Below, piece by piece: positions 12,319-24,986 of a DNA stretch of 64,000 nt. The stretch is from Fistulifera solaris (lineage: Eukaryota), in contig AP026136.1 in assembly GCA_030295235.1 (NCBI GenBank), positions 682,001-746,000 on the forward strand. Direction: 5' to 3'. Positions within the stretch are counted from its first letter, which is position 1, and each line of letters starts with the position of its first letter. The translations under genes and the position numbers were made by a program. The notes below the pieces were generated by a model that was given only the letters and a program-made list of their open reading frames with translations, was not told the DNA's origin and did not search any database.

Positions 12319-13840
12319 ATGGCATCATTTTCAACTAATTCTGCTTCTAGAACTCTTTGGAGTCGAGTCAGATCGGTCCCAGCGGCCTATCCTTTTGCGT
12401 TCGGTGTCGTTCTTTCCGGTTTGAAGACCTCCTTTTCCGACTTGCTCGTTCAAAAGGTCGTAGAACAGAGAGAAAAAATCGATTGGAAACGCAATGCCGC
12501 GTTTGCCACTTTCGGCTTCGTTTATCTTGGAGGTGTACAGTATATGATATATGTACCTTTATTTTCGAGACTCTTCCCCGGAGCGGCAACCTTCGCCGCG
12601 AAACCCATTCGAGAGAAACTGAAGGATAGCAAGGGTCTCTTTCAGGTGAGCCTATCGAATTTGCTGTTTACCATACGTCTTCTACGAGAATATTGATCAA
12701 TGTATACTCACAGTACTGCGCGACAGCTTTTCGCCCAAGTCTTCCTGGATCAATGTGTGCAGTAGGTTCAAATTGTCGTTTGTTCGTTATGGTATTTTGT
12801 GAACGCAACTTTAACATCTCTATCCCCTCTTGCAGTCATCCTCTCATGTATTTTCCAGCATTTTACTGCACAAGAGAGCTGGTTATGAAAGAAAATCCGG
12901 ATCTTGCTAGAACTTTAGCGACTTATCGAGCCAATCTACAGGAAGATCTCTCGGCACTCTGGAAAGTCTGGGTTCCGGGAACATTAATCAACTTTGCATT
13001 CATGCCAATGTACGCTCGTATTCCATTTGTTGCGGGCATTTCTCTGCTTTGGACTTGTATTTTATCGACCATGAGAGGGGGGAGATGTGGCGCACGGCGA
13101 AGACATGGCCGGTGGAGCAGTAACGCGCGCAACGTTGGTGATGATGGAAGAAGGTTTCGGCGAACTGTTCACATCGCCAGTTGAACTAGACCGTCACAAG
13201 CACCACATAATGCTAACCGCTTCCGGAACCGATAAAAAGGGTTGGGTGGCTTTGTTGGCTCGGGAAGTCGCCGAATCGGGAGGAAATGTTACGCACTCTA
13301 AAATGGTGCGATTAGGAAAAGAATTTATTGTTCTTATGCACATCTCCGTGGAGCCGGGGGCACAAAATGCCCTCATTCGAAAATTAAAGAAAAGCAAAGA
13401 ACTCAAACCGCTCAACATACAATGTGGTTCGATCTCGAGGCGTCAGACGGGAACGTATGAGCAAGCTGTTATGGGTGTTCGTGTGCGGTGTCAAGGAGCG
13501 GACAAGTATGTTGCATTGCGCACTTTTCCTTTCCTATGATCTAGCCACTCTGACATTTTCATATTTTGTCTACAGACCCGGTATGCTTGCGTCGATAGCT
13601 GAGTCGCTAGCTGAAGCTGGTCTAAACGTTGAGAGTTTGACAACCGAGCTGCAGCGGCACAATAGCTTTAGTCAAAGTGGAAGAACCGATTTTGTTGTCA
13701 CCGCAGACTGTGTAACCTCCCAAAAAATGAGTAAGGAACAAATCCAAGCCATGGTCAGGAAGCTGGAATCTATTAAAGACATGCTTGTTCTTGACGTTGT
13801 CGATATTCGCGTGCAGCACAGGACGAATGTAAGAGATTAA
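12319..13840 (+). CDS. Mpv17/PMP22-family membrane protein fused to two ACT-like (GcvR-type) domains
   Basis: Mpv17 motifs (SDLLVQ, IDWKRN, WKVWVPGTLINFAFMP, LLWTCILS) followed by LTASGTDKKGWVALLAREVAESGGNV and VRCQGADKPGMLASIAESLAEAGLNV. Introns ~12646-12726, 12762-12835, 13506-13575; one extra G in a G6 run at ~13080. Confidence 0.8.
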
Positions 13841-14239
13841 GGATTACCTTGATCAAATTCAAAGATTTTGAGTATTGGTCTTTTATATAAGCTCAATGTC
13901 TTGGTGTTTTCGGCGAAAAAGCTTGAGGGGATCGCCATCTTTGTTCAAGTACATCCCATTCGCTATTCTGTTAGTCCAATTTTTCTCTCCGCATTTTTAA
14001 GTTCAATGCTACCACGACTGCTTATTCGTGAATGAATCATCATGATCTTCAGCTTCTTATCACCAACCTTAAAACTTGTCTTTAATTGACGATGATGTAT
14101 CCGTTGAGACTGTCTTTTCGTCGTGTGTTTCGTTGCTTGTCATTTAAAAGGTAGATGCGTTTCTCAAGCGAACCACGGCGCTTATTGAAATCCATTTCAT
14201 TGACTAAATAAATAATTCCAAATATCGCACGCAGAAGTT

Positions 14240-15520
14240 ATGGCTAAGGCGGTGAACAGCTCGAACATGCAGAAGGAGTAAGTGCTAAGCATTGCTGTAT
14301 GCAGAAGTTCCCTCACGCAAGAAAGGCGATTATCTCATAACTATTTCGCCCGCAGCTCGCACATGCAGAGTGTGCCCGTGTCCCCAGTTTCGGCGTCCTG
14401 GAATGGAATTGCGAATAACATATCTTACTTTAACGTGGACGGATTCTTTGCCAAGCACTTCGAAAGCAACCCTGATTTCTTTAAGCAAGCCTTCAAGCTC
14501 GCATTCTGCTTTTTCGGTCTTCAGATATCTTATCTATCATGGGGATATTTACAAGAACTCATCATGACTACTCAATTTACGCCCACGCCTCGTGTCGCAG
14601 ACGGGAAGTTCCCATCGGCTGCTTTCTGCGTGTTTTCGAATCGCTTTCTGGCTTTGGTGATCTCTTTGATTATCGTCAAAATCAAGCACGGAAAGTACTT
14701 TGCCGTTGCACCTGCTTATGCATTTACTCCTTGTGCTCTCAGCAATACCGTGAGCAGTTACTGCCAGTACCTGTCTTTGAGATACGTCTCGTTCCCGGTG
14801 CAAACCGTCTTTAAGAGTTCCAAAATTATTCCCGTCATGATCATGGGAAAGTTGCTCAAGAAGGAGTCTTACTCGTGGAACAAGTACGCGGAAGCTTTTT
14901 TGATTACCTTGGGCGTTGCTATCTTCAGTGTTTTGAGTAAAGAACCGAAAGGCGGTGATGAAGGAGCTAGCGCAGAATTTGTCGGATTGCTGGTGATGAT
15001 TTGTTATGTCTTTTCCGATTGTTTCACCTCCCAATGGCAAGACAAAGTCTACAGTCAGTACGGACGCAACAATGTCGATTCTTTTCAAATGATGTTAGGA
15101 GTCAACACCTCCGCGATCGTTTTGACTATCATTCAGCTGATCGCATTGGGGGACATTCCGGTGGTGATGGAATTTCTCCATATGAACCCGAACGCGCTTC
15201 AGTACAACATCTTAACGGCTATCACGTCCGCCACTGGTCAAATGTTTATCTTTTACACAATTAAAGAGTTCGGACCGATTGTCTTTACCATCATGATGAC
15301 GACCAGGCAAATGTTCTCGATCGTTTTATCCGCCATCATTTTCGGTCATGTCATTTCCCCTTCGGCGGCGATGGGTGCTCTTCTGGTCTTTGCCGTTCTA
15401 TTCTACCAGATTCAGAAGAAATACAAAGCTCAGCACGAAAAGAAAAGACAAAGTAAACCGGTTGAACACGAGCCCTTGATTGAGAGTGCTGCGAAGGAAG
15501 CCGAACTGGTCAAAGTGTGA
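14240..15520 (+). CDS. UAA-family nucleotide-sugar/PAPS transporter (SLC35B2-like)
   Basis: YLSWGYLQE, CQYLSLRYVSFPVQTVFKSSKIIPVM, DCFTSQWQ, GQMFIFYTIKEFGP, MTTRQ. Probable short exon 1 (14240-14277) and intron 14278-14355. Confidence 0.88.
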
Positions 15521-15576
15521 CGTAATTATTCCACACCCTGTGTGACTATACTTTCTAGAATTTATTTAAATCCAAA

Positions 15577-16298
15577 TCAAAACCACAATCGCAGCCGGTA
15601 AGCATCATTCCAATTCAAATAATAGCGAACTAGCAATTCCTCTCGGATGAATCCAAATCGATCTTGGTAAAGCTTCTGCGCCGTTGTATTGGTAACTTCA
15701 GTTTCGAGTGTTACTGATCGGCATTCCATGTCTTTCATGCGTTGCAGGATGCGATGTACAAGTGCTTGCCCGATGCCTTTCCGCCGATAAGCTTCTTGGA
15801 CTGCCAACATTCCGATATATCCCGTCTTTTCCGAGTTTTCGGCTTGTTCCTGTTCCGTTTCATCGACTCCCTCGATGTCGATTTTCCCCACAACACAAGC
15901 GATTGGCTTGGGAGAGTCGTCTGCCACAGCGAGAATACACAGTTCGGGGAATCGATGAAGAAAGTATCGGTAAGTGAAAATGGAATACGGTTCGCTTAAA
16001 TCTCGACCCTATGAATGGTTGAAAGGTAAGCTCCACGGCAAAACAGCAAGTAGGAAATAAACGAGAAACGGACCACTAATGACATGACATATTCTAGCTG
16101 CGATTCGTCTTTGTAGTCTACGAAACGGATCCCAGGGATTTCAGCATGACCCTTAGTCTCAGTCTGTATTTTGTCGTTATTAGTCATTCCTTCAAGCTCC
16201 TTTCTTTCCAAGTAATGCTCAAGTTGTTGTTTTTCTTGTCGTGGTTCATTTTTTTTTGGGATAACGCGTGGTGGCGGAGGGCGGAAAACTGTGATCAT
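15577..16298 (-). CDS. NAA30: N-alpha-acetyltransferase 30 (NatC catalytic subunit, Mak3)
   Basis: Spliced product has DLSEPYSIFTYRYFL, GYIGMLAV..YRRKGIG, LETEVTN and RYYLNWNDAYRL. Start could be 16298 or 16187. Confidence 0.9.
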
Positions 16299-16585
16299 GA
16301 CTTCTTTCAGTAGGGATTGAGGTTATGGATGTACGGAGTACGGTACCGGTACCCGGTATCGGTATTTTGTAAAGAGTCAGTGGCTTTTCCAAGACCTCAA
16401 GGAAAGTATGAACGAATACAAACCTTAGTTTTTACAGAGTATGCAATACTTCGACCTCGACACTCGCTTCAACTTGCAATAGCTTTATTTAAAAAGTTTT
16501 GTCTGCATGCGCGTTGTTGTATCATTCAGGTATAATTTGAAAAACAGTATAGGATCTTGAAAAGACCAAGCTCTCGTTACACCAC

Positions 16586-17362
16586 TTAGCTTGCTTGAAA
16601 GGTGCGTTTGATGTATTGTGAGGCGTCGTCTTGCCCTCTTTGATACCAGTCGCGTAAAATTTCCGCTGAAGCCATTCCCATTGATACGGACATTGCCTGT
16701 ACGTTTTGCCACGACAACTTAGTTCCAAAATCGACTTCAGCGTTCAACTGTCCAACCGATAAGCTCCGGTCGTCTGGACTAATTCTTTCCGAGTAAGTGC
16801 TACTTCCCGAAATTGGTGAAATAATAAGCTGTGGCTCAGTGGTAGTTGGTGGTGCTGGCGCTGCTATACCTCCATCAACGTAGTAGTCGTCTTCGATCCA
16901 CATCCCATCTTCCTCGGGATAAGTAACGTTTTTAGAGAAAACATCCCAAGGATGAAACGTCCTGGGTATTCGGCATGAAGCTTCGACACACTGGAGTAAT
17001 AATTTATCTTGCTGTCTGTCGCTCGGCTGAAAATAAAAGATTTTTGATTTCCCGTTTCGACAGATCGTCGTGCAAATCCCCAGTTCTTCGCAAATGGGCG
17101 TTTCGTGTGAATTTTCAATCACATCTTTTAACAAGTTCAAACCATTCCCTCGACCTTTGATATAATCATTTACAAACTCTTCAATCGAGTTTGGCGCTTT
17201 GGCTAAGATGGTTGCCGCGATGGCACCTCCGCTACTCCCAACAGCCGATCGCAGGGAAACAGCTGATTGTAAAAGAGATCGACAAGCGCCAAGCTGATAA
17301 ACAAACAAACTTCCAGATCCGCTCAGCGACAAGGCGAGACCTCTGGAGATTGAGCTTGCCAT
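16586..17362 (-). CDS. Patatin-like phospholipase
   Basis: Gly-rich loop SGSGSLFVYQLG, nucleophile motif GSSGG, ASCRIP and catalytic DGG. Confidence 0.85.
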   Translation of the reverse strand: MASSISRGLALSLSGSGSLFVYQLGACRSLLQSAVSLRSAVGSSGGAIAATILAKAPNSIEEFVNDYIKGRGNGLNLLKDVIENSHETPICEELGICTTICRNGKSKIFYFQPSDRQQDKLLLQCVEASCRIPRTFHPWDVFSKNVTYPEEDGMWIEDDYYVDGGIAAPAPPTTTEPQLIISPISGSSTYSERISPDDRSLSVGQLNAEVDFGTKLSWQNVQAMSVSMGMASAEILRDWYQRGQDDASQYIKRTFQAS

Positions 17363-17594
17363 GAAGTAAATGAGTTTAATGAAATCAATCAGCTAACCTT
17401 TTCACAGCATGGTTAGAAAATGACGAAAAAAAGCCCAAGGAATGCCGCGGAGCGGTGTCGTTGGCTATTTTTCTATGGACATAACAGTACCAACCTTTGC
17501 TGCGTACGTGTATAGTAAATAATAGAATAAACCGAGTCGAGAACAAGGCATAAACTAAGGACCCCAACTTAGAAAAATATTATTGACTTATGAT

Positions 17595-20375
17595 TTATGA
17601 TTCGTCAAGGGAGTAAAGCAGTATGTAGGCCGTCCGCTCTTTGTTTGGATTCGACAGTATCTTGTCGAGCGAGGTAATACAAGATGACGTATCGTCGAAA
17701 GTTACCCAGCTCTGTTTCTCGGCGTCGTCTTTTGCTACCGCAGCCCCACCGTTGACGTCCTCTTTCGAATCAACAGGGAGGCTTTTAGCTGGTCGGATTG
17801 CGTCCGCCAGATAATGTCCTGATGATGCGCGACCTCCGATATGGTGGATAATGCTCTGAAGCTTGTATTCGTGTTTCGACTCCGTAGAAGATGCGGGCAA
17901 GGGCTCATCGTTTGGAAATTTCATCAAGAAAGGGTTCAATGACAGAGACTCTGATAGATGAACTTGTTCTTTGTTCTTTTGGAAGACATATTGCATCGGA
18001 ACATGCTGTCCTAGTTTCGACGGGCTATTTGGCGACTTGTTCTCATCGTTGGACGTAGATGTGACAATAGGGACTTCCACAAAAATGAACCTTTTGAGGT
18101 GTAAGACAAGAGATTTGGGACTGAAAGAGACAAGTCAGATCGTTAGTTTGATGCTGATGTACGATTTATTGCAACAAATCCTAAAAAAAGCTTACCGATG
18201 AACCATCTGCATTGTTTGAGTCGCATGAGATCCGTCTTCGCACTTTTCGCACTTGATTTCACGAATTTCCTCTTCAAAGAACTTTTCTAAGCCCTTTTCT
18301 ACGGTTGCCTTTGCATCAGCATTTTCCTCTTTGTTGCCAACAATGTCGACCGAGAGATGGCGATACGTTTCTTCCTTCGATCTGCGTCCCGGATGAGGCC
18401 ATGAGTTGTGATTCATGAATAGAAAAGAATCAAACAATAAAAATCTCGCCTTACCTCGAATAACCACATGAAGCACACGTCAGGCACACGCGGACCGTTA
18501 ACAAAAAGTCGTCCATAGGAGAAGCTTCATGTGGGTTAGCTTGAACAGGCTTCGGTCGTTCGGCTTGTACTTCTTCGTGAATGTTGTCGATCAAATCACT
18601 CAAGAATTCATGCGCGTCCCGCTGCTCGTATCCCAAAAATTTGTCTGTCGTCATATCCATGGCCTCCTTGACCGCGCGAGGGTCGATGGCTCGCACTCGA
18701 TCATCTTGTAATTTTTCAGCAACCTCCGTCAAGCTCTTGGTAAGGGCACCGCCTTTATTTCGCAATGATTTGATCAAATCTGGAAGAGAGCACATCATCT
18801 GGAGACAAGAATTCATGTAACACGTATTGCCGAGATTTCGTAGACCAGAGTATTGATTGAAACGAAGATCGGACTCCGATTGCGCCCTGGTCAAATCACT
18901 GATTGCGTGCTTTGCGACAGGGCTTCGGGGTACCTTCTGAAATGAGAGGCCACGCATTGGTGACGGATTTTTACTAGTTGGGCTCGACAATGCCATTGGC
19001 ATTTGCGGTGTTCCTTGACCAGCTTCATATCTTTCAAACCGTTTTCTATCAGCGTCTTTATTGAAGACGAAGGTACCCGATGAGCTTCCGAACACAGTGC
19101 CGTACGAAAGGGACTTCGAGTGCTTCTCGGTTTTGGGATTTGCTTCGTCTTGCTTTTCATTTGCGCTTAGAATTCCAAAACGCTCTATTGTTCGCTCTCT
19201 CGATGGATTGCTACTAGGAGACAGCCAACCTTTCTGCTGAAGGGAAGTTCTTTGTAGACTTCCGGAACTCGACTTGCCGACTCGTGTCGGCGTGCTAACA
19301 AGTTTCACGGAGGACTTTCTGGGCGTAAGCTCTAACTCCCTTTTCACAGATGACACTTGATCACTTTCAACAGTTTTCGTCTTGGAGATCTTGAAGAATC
19401 CCGAGAGAGTCGTTTGGTTCTTGTCAATCTCGTCAATGGGGCGTTGGGGCGATAAAGACCGCGTGGAGGGTCTCGGCGATACGACCCGATTGGTTCGAGG
19501 CGTAGTGATCGGCTGATCCATTTCAATTTCTCCTTCATCATCGGACGAATCTTCTTCAATCACGAGCCGTCTCTTGCGCGTTGAAGCCTTTCGAACAGGT
19601 TGTTCTTCCGGTTCTTCATCATCCGAAAACTCAACAGGACGTTTCACCCACGCAGCCTTTCGAACAGATTGCTTTTCCGATTCATCGTCGGATAAGGCTT
19701 TTTGAATAGATTGCTTTTCCGATACATCGGTGGAAAAGTCCACAGGACGTTTCACCGATGCAGCCTTTCGAACAGGTTGCTTTTCCGATTCATCGTCCGA
19801 AAAATCGACAGGACGTTTCAACGGCGAAGACGGCGTCGGAAAAACAAAAGTGCTGGTCTCTTCCGTCGCTTCTTCTGTGTCCCAAGGAACAGAAGGGAGG
19901 GCGCGATGACGAGCTCTGCCAAAGACGGCCTGAGGTCGCCTCGGAGCCGATTTTGTGGCAGTGACGACTTTCGTGGAAGCGAAGCGCTGTCGATGTGGCG
20001 ATCCCAAACCCAACTTGGAAGAACTTTTCATAAAACTCGAGAATGAGTCTTTCGTAGCATCGATCTTTTTTGAGTGTACCTTCTCTAGTTTCTTGCGAAA
20101 TTCTTGCCAAGAGGCTTCGTTGCCGAGAAATTGTTCAAAATTATATGTCTTGCCTTTTGTTGTTGATATCACCAGTAGATCGTTGCCCTGCACATCCATT
20201 TTTCCAATATCTTTTCCTTTGATGCACCATTTTGACTTGTTGATGTAGATTGTCTTCGAGTCGAGCACAACAGACGCCTCCTCCCCATAAAAAGTCCTTT
20301 TGGAGATCGGTGTGGCCCCTCCTTGATAGTAATTCTATCGAAGGGGTAGGTCTTCGGAGAACTCTTCGTGTTCAT
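17595..20375 (-). CDS. Ubiquitin-specific protease (C19; USP37-like layout with possible N-terminal PH-like domain)
   Basis: GLRNLGNTCYMNSCLQ, QRDAHEFL, CASC/CEKC zinc knuckles, LVLHLKRF, HIGGRASSGHY, WVTFDD. Two short introns and a poly-T frameshift at ~20290. Confidence 0.9.
19580..19822 (-). repeat. Coding tandem repeat in the USP linker
   Basis: Three to four degenerate copies of KRPV(D/E)FSDDESEKQ(P/S)VRKAA, with matching DNA repeats (gcagcctttcgaacag..gcttttccgattcatcgtc). Confidence 0.85.
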
Positions 20376-21138
20376 TTTTCTGTTGCGTACACGATCTCCT
20401 TCAAGCTAAAGTGAGCTGTATCGAAGTGCTTTATTGTAGCCTGTTATTAGATCTAATTGTTAATAAATACAATTGGTCTGATTTGCTTCTCTTCGTCGTT
20501 GCTTGCTATCGTATGCTCGGAATGTGCAACGAGGAGATGGAGGGAAAGTTGGAGCGGAGCGCGGAGCCCCCACCCTCACCGGCGCATTTGAGGGAGGCGG
20601 GCAACCTCTACCAGCCCGTAAACCAAAAACGTACGCGCTCTTTCGCCTCTTAAATCTTGGTTGAGTAAGCGCGGCCCGCTTGAATCTTAGTACATCTTTC
20701 AAATTCAAAAGAGCTGTTGAGTCCAATGACTTAGCAAAAGTCCGTTTGAATTCACAGCTGCCGGATCTCTATGGCACGATATGTAGGAAAAAAGGTCTGA
20801 CAGTGGGCGAAAACGCTTTTTCGATGTCGTTGGCTTAGAGACGATGAATAAATTTCAATTAGGAGTCACGATGCAATACTTAGACACGAGGAATATTCCC
20901 ACCTATGATTCGTAAAGGATAATACGATTTTTGACTATATGAACGAATACCGTATAATCACGGATGTTAGATTTACATCGCCGAATTGATGTCTTCACAT
21001 TTTAGATAATCATTTCACTTCATCTTTTGTGTGGATCAGAGAAAGCCATCGAATGAATCTTGCCAAACATCAGCAAGACGACACCGAACCGCACCTCAGA
21101 CTCTTCATAATATTTTGGTGGAAAAGAATCGACCAATC

Positions 21139-23707
21139 ATGAAGTTCTCTGGGTTCATCTTGAGTCTATTGACTCTTCAAATCGTTCAAGGAAACAACTC
21201 GGACTTGTTCAACTATGGATCGGTGGACATAAACGAGAATGGAGTAATGAGCTATGGTCAGGAGAACTGGGGCGATGTCTCATGCTCTGACTTTGAGAGT
21301 TGCGTAAGTACATCTGGTGTAAACGTCCATGAATATGAAGCTCGCCTGCTAACATTTTATCAATTAACAGCCTGGATTCCCGAACAAATACCCAGTCTTT
21401 CCTGGATACGAAATGCTGAAGACAAAGGACACAAGCCAGTGTAGATACTGTCCGCAAGATGAATCAGTTAACTGCGGTCTTCATCGACAGTCGCCAATTG
21501 ATCTAAAGCGTGACCGTGGTGTGGCAGGAAGTCCCAACGAAAAGTTTTGCCCCGATTGGCACTGGATGGAATACCGTCCAGATACATGCACATGGGACGA
21601 TATGAAAACCCAGCTTACCATCGAACGCCATGCTCTTCAGATTCATGTTCCTCAGCTTCCGAATGGAGACATCGACTGCTTCCGATGGGATAAACGAAGG
21701 TATCCGAGAATCGATTACAGTAAAGGCTTTCCGGATTGGTGGTGGATGCAACGAACGGATATTCACGTACCTAGTAACCACATTCAAGAAGGCACTCGCT
21801 ATGCGGCTGAAGTCGTCCTTGCCCATTTCTACGAAATCAAGCATGAAAAGAATCAGGTACGTACGCTTCTCCCATTCTACTCGAGGAACGAACAACTCTG
21901 TACTCACGCTTCTTTCTTTTAGTTGGGATACATTTCCATCTTCATGCAAGATTATCCTGATGCCGAGTCGTGGTCCTATCTCGACAAACTCATCTGCCAG
22001 TGGCGCAAAGAAGAAGATAGGGTGCGAGAGGCGTGCGGACTTCCGCCTGTTGAGCCCTACGGCAGATGTGCCCTCTTACGCAACCAGCAGCCCACACAAG
22101 AGTGGCTTGATGAAGCAGCTGGGCTCATCTTCGCACCCGGTAGTAACAACACTTCCAGTGAACCACCTATAGTTCCAGACGATGAGCCTACATACAACGA
22201 ATCGGGTGCTGTTGACTCTCTTGTTCCTTCGCCCGCTCCGTCTTTTCCAACCGGCCTTCGAGAGCCTAATTTCGGCCAGGCGGGCTCAATTTTCGCTCCG
22301 TCTGCTCAGCCAAGTGTAGCATCTGAATTCGGTGCATCTGAAGTGAACAATACTATTCCGCCGCCTATTGATTGCTTAAACCTTGGCGATGTCATTGACC
22401 GCATGTGCTTATCGGAAGACCCGTGCTGCACTTCTCCCAGAACCAATACCGTGTTCTGCGACAATATTTATGACAATATTTTCCCCGGTGATGCTATGAA
22501 ATCAGCATGCTACCATTGCTGTCCTACGCCGTTGACGGTCGGTGATGCTGAACTTACTGCAAGCTCTGGTAGTGATATGCCCAGCGACATCCCAACCACT
22601 GCACCGGGCAGTGTTCTAGTACCAGGCGCGATTCCTCCGCCCATTGACTGTGGAAGTGATAACACCCTAATTGAACGTATGTGTTCTTCGAACGATCCTT
22701 GCTGCGGAGCCCCAAGATCCGATACTATGTTCTGTTGGAATATCTATGACAACGTCTTCCCAGGGGAACAAATCAAATCCGCATGCTACCACTGTTGTAG
22801 TGAACCGAAAATGGTAGCTGAGGAGAGACCGATTAATCCAGCTATTCCGAAAACGATTGAATGTTCAGCTGTCGATAATCCTTATCGAATGTGCAAAGAA
22901 AACAGTTGCTGCTCAAATCCGCGGTCGAACTCAGAGTTCTGCAAATCGGTGTATGCCAAGCATAAAGGAGATATTGAGTCGATCTGCCAGTACTGTTGTC
23001 GCGAACCACTCACCGTTGGAAGTGCTCGTTACCTTCGATCGGGCGGCGAAGACGAAGCTGAGTTTAGCGAAGATGGACCGCTCGTTCAAGACAGCGATGA
23101 CATTCAGGAGGGCGACGAAGTGGTTTACGTCTCCGGCAAGAAGTATATTTTACGCAAAGATAACTTTGAGGAGGATGAAGAAAACGGTGCGAAACACTTT
23201 CAACAAAGGATTCAAGCCGAATTTCAGGAACGCAACTTGAACGTCGCCGTCCACGACGAGGATTATGACGATATCCCATGGTTCGCTTATGAATGGATGG
23301 TAAAGGTGGGCACGGAATACTATTACCGGTATGAAGGAACCCAATTGGTGCCCCCTTGCTGGGAAGTTGTGCACTGGAGGGTAATGAAAGACCCCATTCG
23401 CGTTCACAAGAGGCAAATCGACGAGTTGAATCGCCTTCTTGCTTGGCGATTGAACCCTGACACGTGCCAATCGGATACTGCCGGAGTCGTTTCGGATGAC
23501 GGCAACACTGTTGACTTGAGCCGTGAGGTTATGTATTATCACGACCAGCACCGCAAGGTGTTCTGTGAATGTCCCGCCTGGCCTTCCCAGTTCCCTGGCG
23601 ATCAGGAATGGTGTCGACACTATCGAGATGACACGAACTACGACCGCTTCTATACTCGTCCCTATAGTTTCGATTCTGGCGGCAAGTGGCATCCCAATGA
23701 TGTTTAA
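21139..23707 (+). CDS. Secreted alpha-carbonic-anhydrase-like protein with Cys-rich repeat insertion
   Basis: Signal peptide MKFSGFILSLLTLQIVQG; introns 21304-21370 and 21857-21922. Alpha-CA landmarks RQSPIDL, IHVPSNH..EGTRYAAEVVLAH and YYRYEGTQLVPPCWEVVHW..PIRV. Confidence 0.85.
22354..23020 (+). repeat. Three ~60-aa 8-cysteine repeats inside the alpha-CA-like protein
   Basis: Pattern IPxxI(D/E)C..RMC..CC..PR..FC..C-x2-CC..P at ~22354, ~22631 and ~22844. Confidence 0.9.
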
Positions 23708-24006
23708 GGATGTTACTTTCGAGCGAGCTGCGAGTCTTTTGCGCCGCCTTTCATGCCATTGCAGCTATATTTGTTCGTTCATTTAATCAAAGACCAAAAA
23801 GAATAATGTAGAAACACACAAAAAGTAAATGTATTCTATTTTGAGAATACGTCATCCTATACAGTTGGTCTAAACAACTCTTGTCAACAAGTATTCCGTC
23901 TTCTTGATTACTGCTGGGGATACATTCGCAATCGCGGATCAGGAGCCACATAGAGTGTATGGTCAACATCAAAGTTATCTAGCGGCTAAGAGATACGAGA
24001 CTAGGT

Positions 24007-24678
24007 CTACTTGCTATCTTCTTGCATGGTTTTCGTAAGAATGGCTTGCAAATCCGTAGGTTTGATAACACCGCCTTGGAAATTCAAAAGCAAGTCCAAC
24101 AACTTCTTCTTCTTTTCAGCGACACCGGAAGCGATAACCGCTTGTTGGGCTGGAGATAGCCGAGCCCACGCGTCCGAGTTTTTTGCCAATGCTTTTTCAA
24201 GGGTTGAGTTGACAATTTCTTCGACGTTTTCTTTCTTCAGATAGAGAATTTCATCTTCATCGGGATCTTCCGTGGACCCCGCCACACGGTAGGTGAGTTC
24301 ATCGCCCGTCTCGAGATTTGCCAACGTATCTCGTCCCAGGAAAATCACATCTTCTTGTGAGCGGTTCGGGAATCCGCCTTCGGGGAACGGATCGTAGTCA
24401 AGCACTCGAATGGCGACCGAATCTGTGGTACGGCCATCATGCTCGAGCAGAGTCGCCGACCACCAGTGCACAATGACTTCGTCCTTGTCGTCGCTGGAGA
24501 CTTCCCATTTCACTTGAAAGCGATCTCCTGCCTTGTATTGCATGGCTTCGGCTAAATCTAGTATTTCTGTATCACTGCACGCGCGCTTGGCGGTGGGTTC
24601 ATCCATCGTTTCCGCCGGACGCTTTGCGTCGATCGCATTGGCTACGGGTGCCTGGTTTTCGTCGGTTTGACTGCTCAT
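24007..24678 (-). CDS. Hypothetical protein
   Basis: Long ORF, plausible start MSSQTDEN; globular-looking core (FQVKWEV..HWWSATL..RVLDYDP). Confidence 0.7.
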   Translation of the reverse strand: MSSQTDENQAPVANAIDAKRPAETMDEPTAKRACSDTEILDLAEAMQYKAGDRFQVKWEVSSDDKDEVIVHWWSATLLEHDGRTTDSVAIRVLDYDPFPEGGFPNRSQEDVIFLGRDTLANLETGDELTYRVAGSTEDPDEDEILYLKKENVEEIVNSTLEKALAKNSDAWARLSPAQQAVIASGVAEKKKKLLDLLLNFQGGVIKPTDLQAILTKTMQEDSK

Positions 24679-24986
24679 TGTGGCGAGAATATAACAAAGA
24701 AAGCAAGGAATGATGAAGAAAAACGATACAAATGATGCAGTCTCTATTCGAATAGATTTTGCGGAAGAGAAAATGTCACGCGTTGTAACAAAAAGAGGTC
24801 GCAAAGGGAGGAGGGAAACTGGCCGGCGCGCAAATGCTGCCCGCTCTACTTTGTAACCTTATACATGGAAAACTGTGCGAGCACGATGACGGCATATTGA
24901 TGACCCAACACCCAACAATCACGAGTATTAACACCGTCGCGCATCCTTTTATTTATTGGCTGTCTACGAACCTTCTTGTTGTCGTC

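Noticed and set aside
20525..20625. GC-rich patch that might be a structured RNA
   Set aside because: No tRNA, snRNA or snoRNA hallmarks recognisable; probably the USP promoter.
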